Made by a program: the position numbers and the translations under genes. The notes under the pieces are model-generated. The model was given only the letters and a program-made list of their open reading frames with translations. It did not search any database and had not been told where the DNA came from. A stretch of DNA of 64,000 nucleotides from Spirochaetia bacterium (GTDB lineage: Bacteria; Spirochaetota; Spirochaetia; SZUA-6; Bin103): positions 544,001 through 608,000 of the forward strand of contig OZ241863.1 of the NCBI GenBank assembly GCA_965203055.1, written 5' to 3'. Each line of letters starts with the position of its first letter. Positions within the stretch are counted from its first letter, which is position 1. Below are positions 59,759 through 64,000 of this stretch, in pieces.

Positions 59759-60936
59759 ATGAAAGCAACAGGATTCACCCTGGCCGCCGTGCTGATGGCC
59801 GCCGGAGCCTGGGGCAACGAGCCCCCCCCCCCCCCCCGGATTGGCGCAGCATAGATCACATGGTACAGATCGACGTGATAATGAGCCCCGCAGACTGGCA
59901 TGCCTTGCGCTCGCAGAATCGAATCTTGAAAGATACCGATTGGTCCTGCGAACCGTTCGCAAGCCCGTTCACTTGGTTCACGACGGAGAGCGTAACGATT
60001 GACGGCCGGCCCTACGAACGGGCGCTCATTCGCAAGAAAGGTTTATTAGGTTCGTTGTCCAATACCAAGCCCTCGTTGAAGCTACGATTGGACAAGCACG
60101 TTGAGCAAGATCACTTCGGCACTACCCGGTTGACGCTCAACAACAGCAAACAGGATCAATCCATGGTCAACACGTGCTTGGCCTACGAAGTGTTTCGACG
60201 CGCCGGAATCCCTACCCCGTTATGCAACCTTGCCAGCGTGACCGTCAACGGTGAAGACATGGGTACCTACATCAACGTAGAAGACATGAAGACCGACTAC
60301 TTTGATCGAGCCTGGAACGGGCGCGGCAATCTGTACGAAGGTACGAAAAGCGATTTTCTGCCGGAGCTTACCGGCACCTTCGAGAAGAAGACCGAGAACC
60401 CCGGCTTGGGCTACATCGAGAAGATCACGGAGAGCATCGAGCGCAACGACGTCGCCGCGCTGGCGCGGCTGATCGACGTTGATAGGTTCCTTATGTTCTG
60501 GACGCTTGAATCACTTATCAACATCGAAGACGGATACACCCAAGGCATCAATAACTACTACTTTCACGAAAGCGCCGCCGGGTTGGTATTCATCCCCTGG
60601 GGACCCGACGACACGATGAGGGAACCCAAGGCAAGCGTAATGTGGCTACGCGGCGCCGTCAACCGCGCCCTGTTTCTGAACTACCAAGAGGAATACAAAG
60701 CCCGGATGCTGAGCCTGCTGGATACCGTATGGAACGAGATAGAGATGCTGCAGTACGCTACCCGCCTGGCGCATATCGCAGGCTGGAACCGCGATACCCT
60801 ACGGGTATTTCGGTTCATCACAAATCGCCGGGAGTACGTAGAAGCACGACTTAAGCGAGACCGCTTCTTGAACTACTACCTTGCCAACAAGAGATACGAA
60901 GGAGACTGCGCGGCCGCGCTTGGGGCCGGGCCGTGA
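59759..60936 (+). CDS. CotH kinase-family protein; signal peptide out of frame across a C16 tract
   Basis: IRKKG..S..KPSLKL, LTLNN, GTYINVE, NLYEG, NNYYF, IPWGPD; main frame from 59860. Confidence 0.8.
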
Positions 60937-62823
60937 AAACCGAGAGCCGGCCGGGCCGGGCCGCGCTTGCCGCCGGCGCGCTTCCGGGTCGGTGCGCATC
61001 ATCGGGCCGCGCCCTGGGCCGGTGCGCACCATCGGCCCGCGCGGCGGCCGTGATCGACGTGCAGAGCCGCTGGCGCGCGGGCTCGGATTGCCGTAGAGGC
61101 GTTCGACGGTATGCTCCATAGCTTGGCGAGATGCGGATTGGTGGATGAGCCGTTCGATTTCCTGCATTGCTTCCGGTGAGGGGAGCGGTAATGCTTCCAG
61201 TTCGTATGCCGATACGGCTACGCTGCCGTTGATGCAGCGGAACAGTTGATCGACGACGGCGCTGTTCAGCAGGGCGGCCACGGCGGCCGGAGATACCCGC
61301 GGAGCGCCGTCGATTGGCCGGATCATGTTGAGGTGATTCTCGACCACGACGGCTTCGTGCTCAGCGATGAAGGATGCCGGCAGCTCCGCGGCGATCAGCC
61401 GCCGGCCCTGTTCCTTGGCGGTGGTCCTCTGCAGCAGCACGCACGGATAGTTCGTCACCACCCAGAGATTCTCTTCATTCGGCTCGAAGTATGGTTGGTG
61501 ATTCTTTCGTTGCGCGCGGAACTGGAACACGCCATCGGAGCGCACCGACTCCGCCCACAGCAACGGATAGCGCCCCTTGCCCGGTCCGTCGCGCAGGTTC
61601 CGCTTGTGTCGGTTCCAGACCAGAGGACCGGTGCTGACCCGGTAGCCGTAGTCAGCCAGCCGATACGGCAGTCGATCGGTTCGGCTCACCAAGCCGCGTT
61701 GCGCGGCGGCGCGCGGGATGATCCACGGTCGATCTGGGCATTCCGGCAGGCGGAACCATCCGGCCGCACACGTTCTGATTGAGCCGTCCGGTTCCGGTGA
61801 GATGAAGTGAACCGATCCTCGGCCGGCATGGCCGCCGCGTCGATACGCCGCCAGCATCGTCTCCTGCAGGACGCCGGCAAATACGCTCTTGCGTTCCGCG
61901 ACGAAGGCGATGCTCACCGGCGGCGCCTCGCGGCCGAGCAAAGCGCGCAGCGCCTTGAAGTACTCGCCGGCCAGGAAGCTGGTGGGCGTGACGTAGGCGA
62001 TCACCCCGCCGGTGCGGGCGAAGCGCACGGCCAGGTCGGTGAACAGACCGTACAGGTTCGCGTGACCGAACAGGCCGCGGCGGTACTTCGCGCGCAATTC
62101 CGCCGACAACGCCGCCCGGCCGTAGGGCGGATTGCCGACCACGAGATCGAACGGGTCGCCCTCCGGCGTCTGTTCCAGACTGTGACAGACGTGCACCACT
62201 TGCGGGAGGTGAGTCCCCGCAGCCCGGCAGAGATCGTCGAGCGTGACGTCCAGGAACACCTGCGCCATCCAGGCGGCGAACGGGTCTATCTCGAAGCCGC
62301 GCAGCCGCCGGACGATGTTTCTCAGCGCCGCCGCCGCGCCGGTATCCTGCAGATGCTCCGCCATGCGCCGCGCGACCGGTGACAGGAACGCGCCGCCGCC
62401 GCACGCGGGATCGAGCACGCGCGCGCGTCGCCAGTCGACGCCGGCCTCCGTTGCCATGTCGAGCAACCGTTCGCACAGCGCCGGCGGCGTATAGTAGGCG
62501 CCGAGCTTCGCGCGCAACTTCCCGGGCATGACGCCGGTGTAGAGCAGGCCAATGGCGTAGCCCGCCTGCGTCACGTCCAGTTCCGCCGCGCATCTCCCGA
62601 TGGCCGCCGCCAGTTCACTTTCGGTCTCCGGCAGCGAAGCGACTCCGGCGCCGGCCGGGAGTTCGCGGAGCGGCCAGGCAGGCGCCGATCGCGCATGCAG
62701 TTCGCGCCAGTAGGCGGTGAGCGCAACGAATACCATCGACCGCGCGAATCCCAACCGCTCATCCGCGCGGGCGCACTCCGCCAGAGCGCGGGCTTCTCGG
62801 AGCGCTTGCCGCACTACTCGCAT
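60799..62823 (-). CDS. N-6 adenine DNA methyltransferase (Eco57I/PaeR7I-like)
   Basis: GAYYTPP, LDPACGGGAF, VGNPPYG, QRTTAKEQ.RRL, ENH; recognisable protein ends near 61090. Confidence 0.85.
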   Translation of the reverse strand: MRVVRQALREARALAECARADERLGFARSMVFVALTAYWRELHARSAPAWPLRELPAGAGVASLPETESELAAAIGRCAAELDVTQAGYAIGLLYTGVMPGKLRAKLGAYYTPPALCERLLDMATEAGVDWRRARVLDPACGGGAFLSPVARRMAEHLQDTGAAAALRNIVRRLRGFEIDPFAAWMAQVFLDVTLDDLCRAAGTHLPQVVHVCHSLEQTPEGDPFDLVVGNPPYGRAALSAELRAKYRRGLFGHANLYGLFTDLAVRFARTGGVIAYVTPTSFLAGEYFKALRALLGREAPPVSIAFVAERKSVFAGVLQETMLAAYRRGGHAGRGSVHFISPEPDGSIRTCAAGWFRLPECPDRPWIIPRAAAQRGLVSRTDRLPYRLADYGYRVSTGPLVWNRHKRNLRDGPGKGRYPLLWAESVRSDGVFQFRAQRKNHQPYFEPNEENLWVVTNYPCVLLQRTTAKEQGRRLIAAELPASFIAEHEAVVVENHLNMIRPIDGAPRVSPAAVAALLNSAVVDQLFRCINGSVAVSAYELEALPLPSPEAMQEIERLIHQSASRQAMEHTVERLYGNPSPRASGSARRSRPPRGPMVRTGPGRGPMMRTDPEARRRQARPGPAGSRFSRPGPKRGRAVSFVSLVGKVVVQEAVSLKSCFYVLPAICDEPKYP

Positions 62824-63034
62824 TTCCCCGATTTGCCTCCGCACTCCATGCCGGTCACAACAACAAAATACGATTTTTCTGGGACGGAGCGTCTTCGACG
62901 ACCAGTGCGCCGCCATCGCAAGCGCCGCCGACGCCGCGCCGTTGTAGGGGTATAGAATGGCGCCGCCACTGCACCAGCCGGCTAATCTGTTCCCCGGCCG
63001 CGTCCGGCACGGCGCCGCCATCGACGGAGACTCC

Positions 63035-64000
63035 ATGAACGACGAATCGTACAAGCGCCTGCTCGACCACCGGCGCACCGTCAAGGACCTGATCCTCGGC
63101 TTCATCGCCCGCCTGCGCCCGGCCGGTTGGGCCGACTCGCTCATCTTCGACTCGCTGCGCGAAGGTCCGGCCGAGTACGTCACCGACGACCTGCGGCGGC
63201 GCCTCAGCGACGTCGTCTGGTCGATCGACCGCCGCGCCGCCGACGGCAGCGTGCGGACCATTCAGGTGCTGATCGAGCATCAGTCGTCGGTGGACCACTC
63301 GATGCCGCTGCGGTTCCTGAACTACGGCAGCCTGATGTACCAGCGGAAGTACCGCGACCGCCGATGGCGCAAGGGCGATACCGTCGACCAGGTGCTGCAC
63401 GTGGTGCTGTACAACGGCGCCACCCGGTGGGACGCGCCGCGGTCGCTGGCGGAAATGGTGCCGGGGAGTGCGGAACACGACGGCCCCGCGCAGCTTGCGC
63501 TGAGCTATGACGTGGTTGATCTGGTAGCGGCGGAAGCGGATGACCTGCCGCGCCCGAACCTGATAACCTGGATGGCGGAAGTGGAGCGCAGCCGGCGCGC
63601 CGGGGAGCTGGCGGAGCGGGTGCGGGAGTTGGGACAGTGGCTCGCGGCGGAGGACGAGCCGGAGCTGACGAAGAGTTTCGACCTGTGGCTGGGAGCCTTG
63701 GGTGAAAAGTGGGGCGTGGAGTTACCGTCGATTCGCGACTACAAGGAGACAAGCGCAATGCTGTTAGAGAGGATCGATCGCTGGGGAGCTGAGCTCCGCC
63801 AGGAAGGCCGGTTGCAAGGCCGGCAAGAGGGCCGGCAGGAAGGCCAACGGGAAGGCGAGTTGAAAGGCCGGCAGGAAGGCCGGCAGGAAGGCGAGTTGAA
63901 GGGCCGCCGGGAGGGGCGGCTGGAGACCATCGACGGGCTCCTGCGGGCCGGCATCGGGTGGCCGGTGATCCACTCCGCCACCGGTATCGACGAGTCCACC
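63035..64000 (+). CDS. Rpn/YhgA-like recombination-promoting nuclease (partial, runs off the window)
   Basis: MNDESYKRLL, RRLSDVVW, LIEHQSSVD..MPLR, VVLYNG..W; EGRQEG repeats at the 3' end. Confidence 0.85.
   Translation, partial: MNDESYKRLLDHRRTVKDLILGFIARLRPAGWADSLIFDSLREGPAEYVTDDLRRRLSDVVWSIDRRAADGSVRTIQVLIEHQSSVDHSMPLRFLNYGSLMYQRKYRDRRWRKGDTVDQVLHVVLYNGATRWDAPRSLAEMVPGSAEHDGPAQLALSYDVVDLVAAEADDLPRPNLITWMAEVERSRRAGELAERVRELGQWLAAEDEPELTKSFDLWLGALGEKWGVELPSIRDYKETSAMLLERIDRWGAELRQEGRLQGRQEGRQEGQREGELKGRQEGRQEGELKGRREGRLETIDGLLRAGIGWPVIHSATGIDEST

Noticed and set aside
63800..63920. 12-bp tandem repeats
   Set aside because: They encode the usual EGRQEG tail of Rpn-family proteins.
1..64000. 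tRNA or rRNA genes
   Set aside because: None recognised by eye; tRNAscan-SE/barrnap were not run.

Overview
GC-rich bacterial chromosomal window that mixes housekeeping and catabolic genes with dense defence cargo. Metabolic genes include leuC/leuD/ilvD, taurine, sugar, metal and polyamine ABC components, a sulfatase, a PhyH dioxygenase and a desaturase; this content suggests a marine or host-associated symbiont (inference only). The most striking feature is a hybrid CRISPR locus at ~40.7-57.5 kb. A type III-D effector operon (Csx1 CARF-HEPN, HD-less Cas10 with GGDD, four separate Cas7-type RAMPs, Csx10, two small subunits, Csx19) and a type I-G-like processing/adaptation module (half-Csb2, Cas4-less Cas1, Cas2, 22-repeat array) diverge around a CARF/RtcR-type sigma54 enhancer-binding protein. 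Each cas operon is preceded by an exact-consensus sigma54 -24/-12 promoter, which suggests a second-messenger-gated transcriptional feedback circuit. A DHH-like phosphoesterase converges on the operon end as a candidate signal eraser. Other cargo: a PLD-SNF2/methyltransferase/DprA-like island, an AAA+DUF3226 pair inserted between leuC and leuD, toxin-antitoxin genes, inverted-repeat-bounded HNH remnants, a truncated ISL3, a CotH gene with an out-of-frame poly-C tract, orphan methyltransferases and a partial Rpn gene. Family calls come from motif recognition by eye; no searches were run.
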